This document shows, in pieces, positions 1 through 10,379 of a DNA stretch of 64,000 nt. Each line of letters opens with the position of its first letter. Positions within the stretch are counted from its first letter, which is position 1. The notes under the pieces are model-generated. The model was not told the DNA's origin. It was given only the letters and a program-made list of their open reading frames with translations, and did no database searches. Source of the DNA: Nannocystales bacterium (lineage in GTDB: Bacteria; Myxococcota_A; Polyangia; Nannocystales; Nannocystaceae); NCBI GenBank assembly GCA_050633305.1, contig JBOEGF010000040.1:28540-92539 (forward strand), in the 5' to 3' direction. Both the position numbers and the translations under genes were made by a program.

Positions 1-1022
1 TCTCGCACAGTCTGGTGCGGGCTACGGAAGTTCCATTGTAGCGCGTCGCCCTGCGATACAATCTCGATCGTCAGATCGGGCGCCCCACTAGGCTCAGCCA
101 AGGTAACCCGACCCGGGGACTCTTCGTCCGATTGGGGAGCCTTGTGATCTCCCCCGACCCCAATGAACCGCATAGCAAATCCGATGGTCCGGCCGCCATG
201 CGCGTATGTCACAGCGATCTTCCGAATTCCGCTAGCCTCGGCGGTGAGGTGCAGAACTTTCCGCGGAAAGTCCGCACCCTCTGGAGTGACTTCGAGTTCT
301 TGAGTCCACGACTCGCCAGCCCTCAGCGAGAAACCGTGGGCGGAAACGGTTGCCGTGAGCTTGAGCGTGTCGTTGAACAGCCGCAGCGGCGAGCCAGCAA
401 CACCTGGCGTCGGAAACGCTGACAGGCCAAGCGTGAGGACGAACTCTTCTCCAATCTGCGTTTCATCTGGTGCGTCGAGCAGCCCGTAGGCGGTTCGGTG
501 CCCAGAGTTCTGACTGCTCTTTGGAGTGCTGTTCGGTGCGGGCCGTGCTGAATCAACGACGTAATAGGCAGGTTCGCCTCCCCTGAGGAGCAGACCTTTG
601 AAGTCTGGAGGGAGGGGGTCAACATCTATCTCTGCCGATAGGAGCGCACGGCTTTCACGCAGGTCGACAGCGGAGAGAAGCGATTGGTCTGGGGTGATCG
701 TGCGAGCAACTTCATCGGCTGGCGCAAGGTCTATGTCTGGCGGGCTCGTGGTGCGGTTGCCGTCGCTCGAACCTTGTTGGCCCTTGCCGTTCTTCCGTCT
801 CCTTCGCCCCTTCTTCGCGAGAAGCCTCTTCTCAAGGTTCTTTCTGTCGAATGCGAACCACAACCAGCCCAACTCATTGTGCCATCTCTGAACCAGGACT
901 AGTGAGTTTTTCGGGTGGTGTTTGAGGGCCTTGAGTACGTCACTGACGCTCCAGTCCGCGTCGATTACTGCGGCGGGGCGTCGCCAGCGGGCCTGCGGTG
1001 TCTGTTCTTGAGTCGCGCGCAT
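1..1022 (-). CDS. 5' part of a large protein running off the window end; resembles the N-terminal region of CHAT-domain proteins
   Basis: Hand-translated open frame from ATG at 1022 to the window edge, absent from the ORF track because it has no stop: MRATQEQ...AYGLLDAPDETQIGEEFVLTLGLS...VSAHGFSL...IAVTYAHGGRTIGFAMR...APDLTIEIV. The CHAT link is recalled similarity; the catalytic domain would lie outside the window. Confidence 0.6.
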   Translation of the reverse strand, partial: MRATQEQTPQARWRRPAAVIDADWSVSDVLKALKHHPKNSLVLVQRWHNELGWLWFAFDRKNLEKRLLAKKGRRRRKNGKGQQGSSDGNRTTSPPDIDLAPADEVARTITPDQSLLSAVDLRESRALLSAEIDVDPLPPDFKGLLLRGGEPAYYVVDSARPAPNSTPKSSQNSGHRTAYGLLDAPDETQIGEEFVLTLGLSAFPTPGVAGSPLRLFNDTLKLTATVSAHGFSLRAGESWTQELEVTPEGADFPRKVLHLTAEASGIRKIAVTYAHGGRTIGFAMRFIGVGGDHKAPQSDEESPGRVTLAEPSGAPDLTIEIVSQGDALQWNFRSPHQTVR

Positions 1023-1085
1023 TTCCTGTGTCGCAAGTTGCTGGCCGCGCGGCGAGTGTCCGCGCTTGCGCCTGTGGCGGCCGGA

Positions 1086-1890
1086 TGGAGTCGCCCGGGA
1101 AAGATCGAACACGGTCTGAGTCTGTTGAGGCGCCGAGTCTGCCGCGGTGAGACCATGTTGAAGCCACTATCTGAGCTATTTTCGTTGTAGTCGTGAAACC
1201 GCGTAGGAAGCAAGGAAAGAAGACGCTTCGGGTCGGAAAGGTTCCGCCAGCTACACGTAGTTACGCTTGAAGGCCTTCACCAACGCCTCGGCCACACCGT
1301 TCGATTCGCTCGAACAGGCGGGCGTGTTGCGCGGCTTCAGGTTGCACTCCGAAGGCGAACAGGCGCGAGTTATTCGCGACGTCCGGCGGCCCGTCGTCGG
1401 TGTGCCACTTGATCGGACTGGTGGCCTTCGGTCCGCCAGAGGATGCCTCGACGCTTAGCGCGAGCACGTCGCGGAAATCTGATCCGTCGAGATGGCTGTT
1501 TGCTCCGACCCCGGCCAATGGCGTCGCGGTCGCGGCAGTCGAGCCTGAAGGCCGTGCACCTTCTCGCTGTTCCAACAAACGAACCTCGAACAGATCGCAG
1601 CATGTCGCGGGCAAGCGTGATGATCGTGCCTCGATGGCCCCTCTCCGGCTCGGGCCGAACTTCGGAAGCTGCACGCCAGAAAGGAGGCGGTGTCCCGTTC
1701 AAGCGGGGCCTACATCAGTTAGGCTCATTTTAGTCTCCCTCATATCGGCAAAACGAGTCCGTCTCGTGGCGACGTGCCGAGCCACGACACCGTGCTGGCA
1801 GGCGTGTCGCCGATCTAGCAGCGTCGCTGGATTCTCCCGCCGAAAGAGTGACCGGCGGGCCGGTTCTGAGGGGCCTTCGCACAAAGACTA
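1086..1890 (-). mobile_element. Degenerate IS3-family (IS2-like) insertion sequence remnant with frameshifted transposase
   Basis: Minus-strand fragments in shifting frames match the IS3 integrase core: TAFRLDCRDRDAIG, PIKWHTDDGP, ESNGVAEALVKAFKRNYV*, FHDYNENSSDSGFNMVSPRQ. An IS2-like terminal sequence TGGAGTCGCCCGGGAAAGATCGAACA starts at 1086. The other end is not resolved. Confidence 0.8.
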
Positions 1891-2337
1891 CGTGATTCGC
1901 AACGTGATCTGCAGCGAGCCTTGACCCCTCAGCCACTGCTACTGCGCAGAAAAACTCGTTCGCTCGCGGCTTCGCGCCCGGCGTCGGTCTCCAGCTTTTC
2001 GTTCTTGTGCGCTCCCTGCGCTTCACGAACGGTGGAGAGCTGGCCGAAGTCGGCAACGGTTCGGGCCCACCCTTTCCCTTCTCGGGACTCAAGAGGTCGC
2101 TCGCGAAGACGAATTCGCAGTTGACCATCCGATATGACCGCCTACGCTGTGCGATAGTGTCCTACTCCCGCCGAAATACTTTTTTGCAAAAAACGGTAGC
2201 GCAAAGAACAAAAAAGGACTCGAAACCTCTTTCGAGCAGCTGCATACTCAGCTAGTCAGGCACCGAGCTACTTATTTGGTTCAGCCGAACTTTTCCGCCA
2301 GCCTGACCACCTCAGGCTTACAGAGACTAAGACCAAG

Positions 2338-2619
2338 ATGCCCACGGACGACATGGAGATGGGGCCCGGAACCCTCGAAGTCCGCCTGTTCGGGACCTCG
2401 AACCAGCTCCGAAGGATTGTCGCCTTCGTCGAGGAAAGAGGGGGCGCCTCAGACGTGCGCCTTCGGCGAGACAAGACTGGCTTTGTCGGCCGAGTGTACA
2501 CGATAAGGCGCGGGCGCGAACTCGCGCGCCTACTGCGGCGCGTATTCGCGACGGACGTGCGTCGGGCCACCGTAAAGCCTCCTGCAATGCCCTCGTCGTT
2601 GCGCAGCGCGACGGGCTAG
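2338..2619 (+). CDS. Small hypothetical protein
   Basis: 93-aa ORF with plausible composition; no recognised motif. Confidence 0.35.
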   Translation: MPTDDMEMGPGTLEVRLFGTSNQLRRIVAFVEERGGASDVRLRRDKTGFVGRVYTIRRGRELARLLRRVFATDVRRATVKPPAMPSSLRSATG

Positions 2620-2647
2620 TCAAGGCCTTGAATACTGGCCAGTGACC

Positions 2648-3889
2648 TCACGGCAATTGGTCCAGTTCGTGGATGATCTTTTGGAGGTCCGGTCTGTTCC
2701 CAATTTCGGAGTGGCACGACCAACCGTGGTGCTGGAGGAGCTGCCGAACTTCGCGGGGCTTCAAGCGCGGCTTTCCCTGGTGGTCCCGATAGCCCTGCAC
2801 AACGGCGACGATCCCAGCCACCACAGCGGCTGCGGCCGACGTGCCTTCGAAACTGTCGACTAGACCGGAGTTTGGGTCGGGATCGAGCGCGCCGGGGCTG
2901 ATCCCAGACGTTGCATCGGCGGCGAGGAGCCCCTCCGGCGCGTTGCAGTTGATTACCCCGGATCCGTAGTTCGTAGTCGCACCCCGTTGGCCATTCGCGG
3001 CACTCGCTGCAACGAGGATCGCACCGGAGTTGTGCCTACGGCTCGCCGCGAATGGGTTCTTCCAAGAGTGGTCGAAATCGGGGTCCGGCTGGTCCAGCGC
3101 TGAGCTTGTCAAGTCTTGCCCTCCATTCCCAGCCGCTTCGACAACGACTACGCCCCGCTGAGTAGCATCCAGGATCGCCTCAAACTCCTCTTGGAACCAC
3201 TCCACCGGCACGAACTCACCCGACACAGGGTGTTGAATCTGAGTTTCTACTAGCAGCACGGATCCCTCATCAAGGTCGTCGGCAGCTTCTTGAATTGCCT
3301 CAGATACGCCCGCGTAGGAGTCCACCGACACCCCTTTGAAGATGGCGGCAGGCGCCACACCAACGAGCGAGGTGTCCGCGGCCACGATGCTCGCAACCGC
3401 CGTTCCGTGGGCGACCAAGTCCTCATCGGCGGACTGTGTGGTACCGACGATGTCGCGCCCGTTCGTGTTTCGGAGCACTTGGTGGGAGAAGTTCCATCCC
3501 CACTCAACGTCGTTGACCTGTACTTTTCCTCGGCCCGCCCCACTTGCGAGGCCGGTAGCCCAATCATGGTTGATCGGCTTCGTTCCGCCCGTGCAAACCC
3601 AGCAACCGGCTGGTTCCGCCGGGGGTTTCGCATACGCTGCGCGGACACCAGGGTGGCTGCGGAGGAACTGAGCCAGTTCTGACGCCGGGGTGTTCCCCTC
3701 CAGCCGAATGACCGCGATACGGTTGGTTTGATCGATCTCGACTCTACCGCTGCTGGGTTTACGAAGGACGCGGCATCGGCTTCCCGGAGGAAGCGCAGAG
3801 AGCCAACCCGGTCCAGCCCCGGAAGCCCAGATCACACCTTCCTTTGGCACAGCCTCCACGGCGAGGACGAGCACAACTTCTTCGTGCAC
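2648..3889 (-). CDS. S8 (subtilisin-like) serine peptidase
   Basis: Catalytic motifs VNDVEWG (Asp), AHGTAVASIV (His), EAAGNG (oxyanion Asn), FEGTSAAAAVVAG (Ser). Confidence 0.92.
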   Translation of the reverse strand: MHEEVVLVLAVEAVPKEGVIWASGAGPGWLSALPPGSRCRVLRKPSSGRVEIDQTNRIAVIRLEGNTPASELAQFLRSHPGVRAAYAKPPAEPAGCWVCTGGTKPINHDWATGLASGAGRGKVQVNDVEWGWNFSHQVLRNTNGRDIVGTTQSADEDLVAHGTAVASIVAADTSLVGVAPAAIFKGVSVDSYAGVSEAIQEAADDLDEGSVLLVETQIQHPVSGEFVPVEWFQEEFEAILDATQRGVVVVEAAGNGGQDLTSSALDQPDPDFDHSWKNPFAASRRHNSGAILVAASAANGQRGATTNYGSGVINCNAPEGLLAADATSGISPGALDPDPNSGLVDSFEGTSAAAAVVAGIVAVVQGYRDHQGKPRLKPREVRQLLQHHGWSCHSEIGNRPDLQKIIHELDQLP

Positions 3890-4006
3890 GGGCGCACGTT
3901 ATCATCCATTCGAGTCGGTTAGTCTTGCTCGCGCAGCACCCGAACCAATCCTCTTGCGATCCGAGGGCATTGGAGAAGCACGCGAGCTGCACCCTTTCTA
4001 GGTGTC

Positions 4007-4146
4007 GACCCGGCTCCCAGACCCAGGGTTGTTGGCCCGGCGAGTCGGCCGATCGGCGCGCAGGGAGGTGACGATCGACGCGAGGGGATGAGAAAGCCGC
4101 GCCTCGGGGCAGGCAGTCGCGGACGGGCGGGGCATTTCGTGAGCCA
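4007..4146 (+). repeat. ~140-bp repeat, copy A (REP/REPIN-like), downstream of the RAYT gene
   Basis: Aligns by eye with 6051-6188; contains the core GACCCAGGGTTGTT at 4020-4033. Confidence 0.85.
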
Positions 4147-4215
4147 CAGCCGACGAGAAACCAGCACCCCCGGACGAGCACTGGGCTCGCCTGCTTCGCC
4201 TGAAACCGCGAGGGT

Positions 4216-5124
4216 TCAGCTTTTTGCGACGTCAACGGCCACGCCGAAGCGCCGGACCATCAGGTACGTACCGCGCGGAAAGACCGCATCGCGCTTGCCG
4301 CTCTCAAAGAGCAAGCGTGCGTGCTCATGCTCCTCCAGGAAGGCCGCGTTGCGCTGGAGGGCTTCGATGCGGGCCCACTTGTTCTTGCCGGCGACGGTCG
4401 GCCGAATGCCGCGCCGCGGAAGGCGGTTGGTGGGCGAGGAGTCGGTCGGCTGTCGACGAACACGCCTCATGCCCATGAAGGACCCTCCGCTCTTTCGAAG
4501 GGCGTCCGCCATCGCGTGGCTTCGCTCGCGAGCCTTGTCGCGAAGTTTCTCGCGAGCTTCGGTATCGGTGAGGGCTGGGTAGAGCGCCTCGGGTCGCACA
4601 AGCGTGAGGACCTCTTCGTCGAGGGTGTTGTCGCTGAAGCCGTCGAAGAAGCCCTCGGGCCGCGGAATCGTCTTCGACTGGCCATGGTCCATGCTCCAGC
4701 TGCACACGCCATCCCAGTACTCGGGAAGCTTGACGAGGCCAGCCTCGACGACGTTGCACAGGGTGTACAGGCACTCGTCTTCGATGGCGTCGCCATCGAC
4801 GAGGCTGACGGCGTTGTAGGAGCCTGGCGCGAAGAAGTTCTCCCACCGGCCGAGGTTGGCGTTCCCGCCTCGGGCGACGAACTGGTTGAGCTCGCGAAAG
4901 AAGACCGGGCGCTGCCCACGAACGTCGGCGAAGACCACGTGATAGTGGTTGCTGAGGACCTGAAACTCGTGGATCCGGACGCCCGAGATGCGGGCAGCTC
5001 GAGCGAGGCAGTAGAGAAAGAGTTGGTCGGTGGGGGCGCTGGGCCGCAGAAAGAAGCGGCCCTCGCTGCACTTGCGCGTCCCCATGACGACCTCTCCGAC
5101 CTCGATGAACCGCGGCCGAGTCAT
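4216..5124 (-). CDS. REP-associated tyrosine transposase (RAYT, Y1/HUH family)
   Basis: HUH motif FQVLSNHYHVV, then RELNQFVARGGN...WENFF...Y and YTLCNVVEAGLV...W, typical of RAYT/IS200-like Y1 transposases. Start taken at MTRPR. Confidence 0.9.
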   Translation of the reverse strand: MTRPRFIEVGEVVMGTRKCSEGRFFLRPSAPTDQLFLYCLARAARISGVRIHEFQVLSNHYHVVFADVRGQRPVFFRELNQFVARGGNANLGRWENFFAPGSYNAVSLVDGDAIEDECLYTLCNVVEAGLVKLPEYWDGVCSWSMDHGQSKTIPRPEGFFDGFSDNTLDEEVLTLVRPEALYPALTDTEAREKLRDKARERSHAMADALRKSGGSFMGMRRVRRQPTDSSPTNRLPRRGIRPTVAGKNKWARIEALQRNAAFLEEHEHARLLFESGKRDAVFPRGTYLMVRRFGVAVDVAKS

Positions 5125-5355
5125 GAGGACGGCCTCCACGGAAATCCTGCCGAGCGCGCGCAGGTGCTGCTGCACGCGCGGTCAAGGCAGGAAAGCTTCG
5201 AGGAACGCACCGGTCATCAGACACAGCAAGGAGTCAACCATCTTCGCGAGCGGTAGAAACCGCATGTTCCGGGCGGGCTGGAAGACCCTTGCGCAACGGT
5301 GCCCGCCCCTGGGCCATACGGTTGGCCATGGGGCCACCGCCGGTACCCCCGCCGA

Positions 5356-5369
5356 AACAACCCTGGGTC
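5356..5369 (-). repeat. Inverted copy of the GACCCAGGGTTGTT core upstream of the RAYT gene
   Basis: AACAACCCTGGGTC is the exact reverse complement of 4020-4033 and 6033-6046. Confidence 0.8.
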
Positions 5370-5430
5370 GGGGTCTTTCAGCCACGTGCGGCGGCGTGGC
5401 AGGACTGATAGGCCGGCATGGGGCCCAGGC

Positions 5431-5982
5431 TCATCCTTCTCGAGTCCAGATCTTGATCTCGTTGCTGCACGCAACAACCAACGTCGTCCCGGAGGCAGAG
5501 AACCCGTATGCAAACGGGGCGTCCCAATCCCACACCTTGTGGAACGTGCCGTTCTCGTAGAAGCCGGGTTTGTCCGGTTCCTCCACCCAGACCACCTCGT
5601 TCGGCCAGGCTGGCGCAGCGCGGCCGACTCCCCATCCGTCCGATGTCGTCGTCGCCAACCCACCCCCGATGAAGCTCCCGGCCACCCGCACCATCGCGCC
5701 ACCGAGCGGGCCGACACCCTCGGCAAGGAGACGGCTCGTATCGAGCCACGAACCGGAGTCGTCGTCTGGGACGCGTTCCAGGGTGTCGCCGGTCTTGCAG
5801 TCGAGCACGTAGCGGCCCGCACCCGAGATCGAGAGCAGGAACGCTCCCGATTCATCGAGGCCAACGGCATAGACGCCCCCGGCGACTCCGTTGTTCGCTC
5901 GTTTCCAAGGAGACGGGGGGTCGGACTCTGGTGCGGCGGCCCAACGCTCGCGCAAGGTTCTCTGGTAGCGAGAGTCCGACAC
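5431..5982 (-). CDS. Hypothetical protein, beta-rich
   Basis: The C-terminal 183 aa of ORF 5431-6606 look like real protein (GGVYAVGLDESGAFLLSISGAGRYVLDC...YGFSASGTTLVVACS). GTG start inferred. Confidence 0.7.
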   Translation of the reverse strand: MSDSRYQRTLRERWAAAPESDPPSPWKRANNGVAGGVYAVGLDESGAFLLSISGAGRYVLDCKTGDTLERVPDDDSGSWLDTSRLLAEGVGPLGGAMVRVAGSFIGGGLATTTSDGWGVGRAAPAWPNEVVWVEEPDKPGFYENGTFHKVWDWDAPFAYGFSASGTTLVVACSNEIKIWTREG

Positions 5983-6009
5983 TGCGAGGCACGTTAGCAG
6001 AGGCTGTTG

Positions 6010-6188
6010 GACCCGGCTCCCCGCGGCTCCCGGACCCAGGGTTGTTGACCGACCCGGCTTCCCCACCCAGGGTTGTGGCCCGGCGAGTCGGCCGATCGGC
6101 GCGCAGGGGGGTGACGATCGACGCGAGGGATGAGAAAGCCGCGGCTTGGGGCAGGCAATCGCCGACTGGCGGTGCGTTCCTTGAGTCA
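6010..6188 (+). repeat. Repeat copy B with a tandem duplication of the core motif
   Basis: Core at 6033-6046 and again at 6065-6076, followed by the same ~110 bp as copy A. Confidence 0.85.
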
Positions 6189-6406
6189 CGCCTGGCTCGC
6201 CCGCACGGGTGGGTTCCGGTGGCGAACTCGTGGCCCAGGGGATCGAGTGCGAGGAGGAGTGAACGCTCACGGCGTGCAACCTCGCGCTGATCGTACCGTC
6301 GGATCGGCATGCATGCGGTGGTTCTGGGGATGGCCTCCTCGTCGGCACACCACATCCGCGAAGAGTTGGGGATGGACGAAGCGGACGCCGAGGCCGGGCC
6401 TTTTCG

Positions 6407-7633
6407 GTGGTCGAGGCTGTCGCCCGTTCGCGCGGAGGCCACGTGATCGTGGCTTCGCGTCGTCCCCTCTCCGAGGTCCTGCTCCTGCTCCTCGTCGCCT
6501 GTGCGCCTGCGCCCGCGGCATCGCCAACCGACGTGCCGCCGCCGAAACGCTCGCAGCAGTCGCCCCCCCAACCTGTCGCCGCAGCACAGGACGACTCGAC
6601 CACCATGCCGCAAGACGACGGTCCTCCTGACGAGACGGTGGATGCTCGCTTGCTACGGCGCGTCGTCCGAGCGCGGACCGAAACCGGCGAGGTCTACGTC
6701 GAGTCGGAGACCGAATTTTGGATCACCGATGACGCCGTTCGGACGAAGAAGGGAGCGTTGGGCGTGGCCCCGCCGGTCGACCTGCTTTGGCGCGAGGGTG
6801 AGGGCACGTGGTGGGTCTTCGATCATGCGGTGTGCCCCTGGTTCGGGTCCACCGACGGCCGGGGGCACATCTCGCAGGAACTCCGCATCCCGCGAGGAGA
6901 TGACGGCGAACTCGAGGTTCCGGACCCGGTACTGACGAAGGTTCCCGATGCGTGGGCCAACCCCGAGGGCGACGGCTTGCCCGGCACCGAGGTGTATCGC
7001 GTCGGTCCCAAGACGCGAAAAGGGATGACGACGTTCCTCTGGGTCTCCACGGATACACCTCTGTCGGGCCGCGACTTCGCCGACGAGCTTCGTCGCCGGC
7101 TCTCGCCCCCATGGTCCGCCGACCTCCAGCGACTCTTCGCTGCGTTCGACCAGCTTCCCGGCTACCCCGTCGCTTTCCGGAGCGAGATGGGCTCCTACGC
7201 CGTCGTCGAGATCGGTCGGGCACCGATTCCCGCGAGCGAGCTTTCGAGCGGCGACAGACACCGAAGTGACAACTGCAATGGGCTCTTCACCAAAGATGTC
7301 TTGGAGAGGTACGCGGCTGAGCGAAACGCCGGCCGAGAACACTACGGCTTGGACATTCCGTTCACACCGTCTACAGGCGACCCCTTTCCGCCCTCACTGC
7401 CCGGAGGATCGTGCAAGCCGCGACCCGAGAGCTGCGTGGAGGCTTGGAACGGGGTCGAGACTCAGTTCCTGGACTGGTGTGAACCATCGCAGTTCGATTT
7501 CTACAGGCCGTGCCCGCGCGATGGAGTCGCGTTCGTCTGCGAGGGCCCGCAGCGAGAAACGTTGATCTATCGGTACGGAGGGCGGAACGGTGGGCGGGAG
7601 TGTCCGGAGGGAACGGTCCGGTTCGACCCCTGA
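6407..7633 (+). CDS. Putative lipoprotein with Cys-rich C-terminus
   Basis: Lipobox-like LLLLLVAC, Pro-rich linker, 408-aa ORF. The true start may be a few codons downstream. Confidence 0.7.
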   Translation: MVEAVARSRGGHVIVASRRPLSEVLLLLLVACAPAPAASPTDVPPPKRSQQSPPQPVAAAQDDSTTMPQDDGPPDETVDARLLRRVVRARTETGEVYVESETEFWITDDAVRTKKGALGVAPPVDLLWREGEGTWWVFDHAVCPWFGSTDGRGHISQELRIPRGDDGELEVPDPVLTKVPDAWANPEGDGLPGTEVYRVGPKTRKGMTTFLWVSTDTPLSGRDFADELRRRLSPPWSADLQRLFAAFDQLPGYPVAFRSEMGSYAVVEIGRAPIPASELSSGDRHRSDNCNGLFTKDVLERYAAERNAGREHYGLDIPFTPSTGDPFPPSLPGGSCKPRPESCVEAWNGVETQFLDWCEPSQFDFYRPCPRDGVAFVCEGPQRETLIYRYGGRNGGRECPEGTVRFDP

Positions 7634-7679
7634 CGTGTCTTCCGAAACCGGCAAACCATCGAACCGCCCGGATCTCCGG

Positions 7680-7881
7680 GAGCGACAGGTGCGACGTGGC
7701 GGAGCTGTGTTTCTCCATCGACTCGGATGGCAACGGCACCTGCGAAAAAACTGGCGGCTGCCAGCCCGGCGCGGTCTGTCCAGCGCCGGAGGTCGTGCCA
7801 GGTTGTGAAGACGAAACCGGGTGCAGCAACCCCTGGTGCGACTTGGCGGGTCCTCAGTATCCGCCGACATCGACCGCGTGA
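7680..7881 (+). pseudogene. 3' fragment of a Cys-rich lipoprotein gene
   Basis: CQPGAVCPAPEVVPGCEDETGCSNPWCDL resembles the C-termini of the paralogs at 10901-13814; no start or signal peptide. Confidence 0.4.
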
Positions 7882-7975
7882 TGTGGTTCGAGCACGTGGG
7901 TCTCTGCGCGGTGCTGTCGTGACCCGCTGAGGCCCTTCAAGCCTCCGGCCTCGTGGACTATCCTCCGCCCACCGC

Positions 7976-9055
7976 ATGAGTGCCGACGTCAGCTTGCTCG
8001 TCTTCTACCTGCTGCTTGCACTGGGCGTGTCGTTCGCGTGCTCCATCTTCGAAGCGGTGCTGCTGTCGATCACGCCTGGCTACGTGGCAGCGCTCGAGAA
8101 GGACGGTAGCGCTGCAGCCGAACGCATCACTCGGCTCAAGGCGAGCGTCGATCGCCCGATGGCGGCGATCCTCAGCCTCAACACCGTGGCGCACACCGTG
8201 GGCGCAGCGGGAGTCGGTGCTCAGTCGGCGAAGGTCTTCGCCAGCGTGCCGATGGGAGTGATCTCCGGAGTGCTCACGGTGTTGATCTTGTTCGTCTCGG
8301 AGATCGTCCCGAAGTCACTCGGCGCGACGAACTGGAAAAAGTTGGCCCCGGCGGTTGCCGCGGCGCTCGTGCCCGTCACGTTCGTCATGACTTATACGGG
8401 CTTCGTTCCGGTCTCCAACTGGATCACGCGCAAGCTCGGAGGCGGCGAGCACGGCACGGAGCCGAGTCGCGAAGAGATCAGCGCGATCGCGGAGCGTGGG
8501 GCCCAGCAAGGCCTCTTCGCAGGCAGCGAGGGGCGGGTCCTGAACAACCTGTTTCGACTGGGGGAGGTGCGGGCAACCGATGTGATGACCCCTCGCACGG
8601 TCATCTTTTCTCTGTCCGAGACCGAGACCGTCGGCGCCCTCATCGAGCGTGACGAGGCGTTCCGCTTCTCTCGCATTCCGATTCACCAAGGCACGCTCGA
8701 TCAAGTCACAGGCTACGTGTTGCGGAGCGAGATCCTGCTGGCTGCGGCACGCGATGAGCTGGATACGCCGCTGTCGGACCTGCAGCGTGATCTCAAGACT
8801 GTAGGTGACGAGCTGCCGCTGTCCGAGCTCTTGGAGCGGCTGCTCGAGCAACAGACCCACATGGCACTGGTCATCGACGACCACGGCACCGCCACTGGCC
8901 TCGTCACGCTCGAGGACGTCGTCGAGACCCTGTTCGGGACCGAGATCGTCGACGAGGCCGACAACGTCGCCGACCTGCGGGAGCTGGCGCGCAAGAAGTG
9001 GCAAGAGCGAGCGCAGCGGTTGGGCATGCTCGATGACGCCACGGCCTCGGAGTGA
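7976..9055 (+). CDS. CNNM/DUF21 plus CBS-pair membrane protein (CorB/HlyC-like)
   Basis: SFACSIFEAVLLS, ILSLNTVAHTVGA, SEIVPKSLG, DVMTPRTV, FSRIPI, GLVTLEDVVETLFGTEIVDE. Confidence 0.95.
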   Translation: MSADVSLLVFYLLLALGVSFACSIFEAVLLSITPGYVAALEKDGSAAAERITRLKASVDRPMAAILSLNTVAHTVGAAGVGAQSAKVFASVPMGVISGVLTVLILFVSEIVPKSLGATNWKKLAPAVAAALVPVTFVMTYTGFVPVSNWITRKLGGGEHGTEPSREEISAIAERGAQQGLFAGSEGRVLNNLFRLGEVRATDVMTPRTVIFSLSETETVGALIERDEAFRFSRIPIHQGTLDQVTGYVLRSEILLAAARDELDTPLSDLQRDLKTVGDELPLSELLERLLEQQTHMALVIDDHGTATGLVTLEDVVETLFGTEIVDEADNVADLRELARKKWQERAQRLGMLDDATASE

Positions 9056-9317
9056 CCCACGGTCTGCACTCGAGCCGCGTCGGTTCCGTCGCCGCAGCCC
9101 GGTACATGCTGCCCCTGGGCATGTCGATGACGGTATCGATCCGTATCGGCTTGCACGGGGGTTCCCGTCATCAGGAAAGACTCCCCGCGGTGGGGTCGCG
9201 ATCACAATCGTCACTGTCTGGACCGTATTCGTAGCCTCGGAGACGCGCACGGTGATCGGCGCGCCGCCGCACTCGCTCGCTTGACCTCAAGTCGACTCGA
9301 GGTGCTACGAAACAGGG

Positions 9318-9956
9318 ATGAAGGAGGAAATGTCGAAGGCCCGGATGTGGGACGAGCGGTACGCCGCCGAGGGGTTCTTGTTCGGGACCGCACCGGCGGC
9401 GTTTTTGTCCAAGCATGCGCAACGGCTGTCGCCGGGTGCACGGACCCTGGTGGTGGGCGACGGCGAGGGACGGAACTCCGTGTTCCTGGCCGAGGCCGGG
9501 CTCGAGGTGACCGCGATGGACGTTTCGGAGGTTGCGGTCGCGAAGGCCCAGCGACTGGCCGCCGAACGCGGGGTCGAGGTCGCGTTCTCGGTCGCCGACA
9601 TTCTCGCCTGGCCGTGGACCTCCAACGCCTACGATCTGGTGGTCGCCGTGTTCATCCAATTCCTCCTCCCCCAGCAGCGCGACGTCGTGTTCGAGGGGCT
9701 CAGCGCCACGCTGCGCCCCGGAGGGACGCTGATGCTCCACGGCTATCGGCCGGAGCATCTCGAGTTGGGAGGGGTGGGTGGTCCCCCGTTGGCCGAGTGC
9801 ATGTACACCGAGTCGATGCTGCGCGCGGCGTTCCCGGAGCTCGAGGTCGATGCGCTCGAGTCGTACGACGCGAACCTCAGCGAAGGCGCCGGTCACACCG
9901 GAACCTCCGCGCTGATCGACTTCATCGCCCACAAGCCGGGCCCCGGCGCCTCGTGA
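9318..9956 (+). CDS. Class I SAM-dependent methyltransferase
   Basis: MWDERY...LVVGDGEGRNSVFLA...AMD...YDLVV...LRPGG. Confidence 0.93.
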   Translation: MKEEMSKARMWDERYAAEGFLFGTAPAAFLSKHAQRLSPGARTLVVGDGEGRNSVFLAEAGLEVTAMDVSEVAVAKAQRLAAERGVEVAFSVADILAWPWTSNAYDLVVAVFIQFLLPQQRDVVFEGLSATLRPGGTLMLHGYRPEHLELGGVGGPPLAECMYTESMLRAAFPELEVDALESYDANLSEGAGHTGTSALIDFIAHKPGPGAS

Positions 9957-9980
9957 GGTGCGTGCTAGCCTGGCGCAACG

Positions 9981-10379
9981 ATGGACATCGCAGACGTCGT
10001 GAGGCAGTCGGGGCTGCCGCCGTCCACCCTGCACCACTACGAAGCCAAGGGCCTCATCGCGTCCACCGGCCGGCGGGGCCTACGGCGCCAATACGGCGAA
10101 GGCGTGCTCGACCGGCTCAAGCTGATCACCTTCGGGAAGACGGCAGGCTTCTCCCTCGATGAGATCCAGACCGCGCTGATTCCGGACGGCGGCGTGGAGG
10201 TCGACCGCGCAGCTCTTGCGGCGAAGGCGGACGAACTCGACCAGACCATCGACGAGCTCATCGCGATCCGCGACGGTCTTCGGCATGCCGCCCGCTGCCC
10301 GGAGGATCGGCACCTCGAGTGCGACAACTTTCGAGCACTCCTCAAGCGGGCGGGTACGAAGCGACGGGGCCGTCGCTGA
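9981..10379 (+). CDS. MerR-family transcriptional regulator
   Basis: MDIADVVRQSGLPPSTLHHYEAKGLI...RRQY...AGFSLDEI; C-terminal C-P-x4-L-E-C. Confidence 0.93.
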   Translation: MDIADVVRQSGLPPSTLHHYEAKGLIASTGRRGLRRQYGEGVLDRLKLITFGKTAGFSLDEIQTALIPDGGVEVDRAALAAKADELDQTIDELIAIRDGLRHAARCPEDRHLECDNFRALLKRAGTKRRGRR

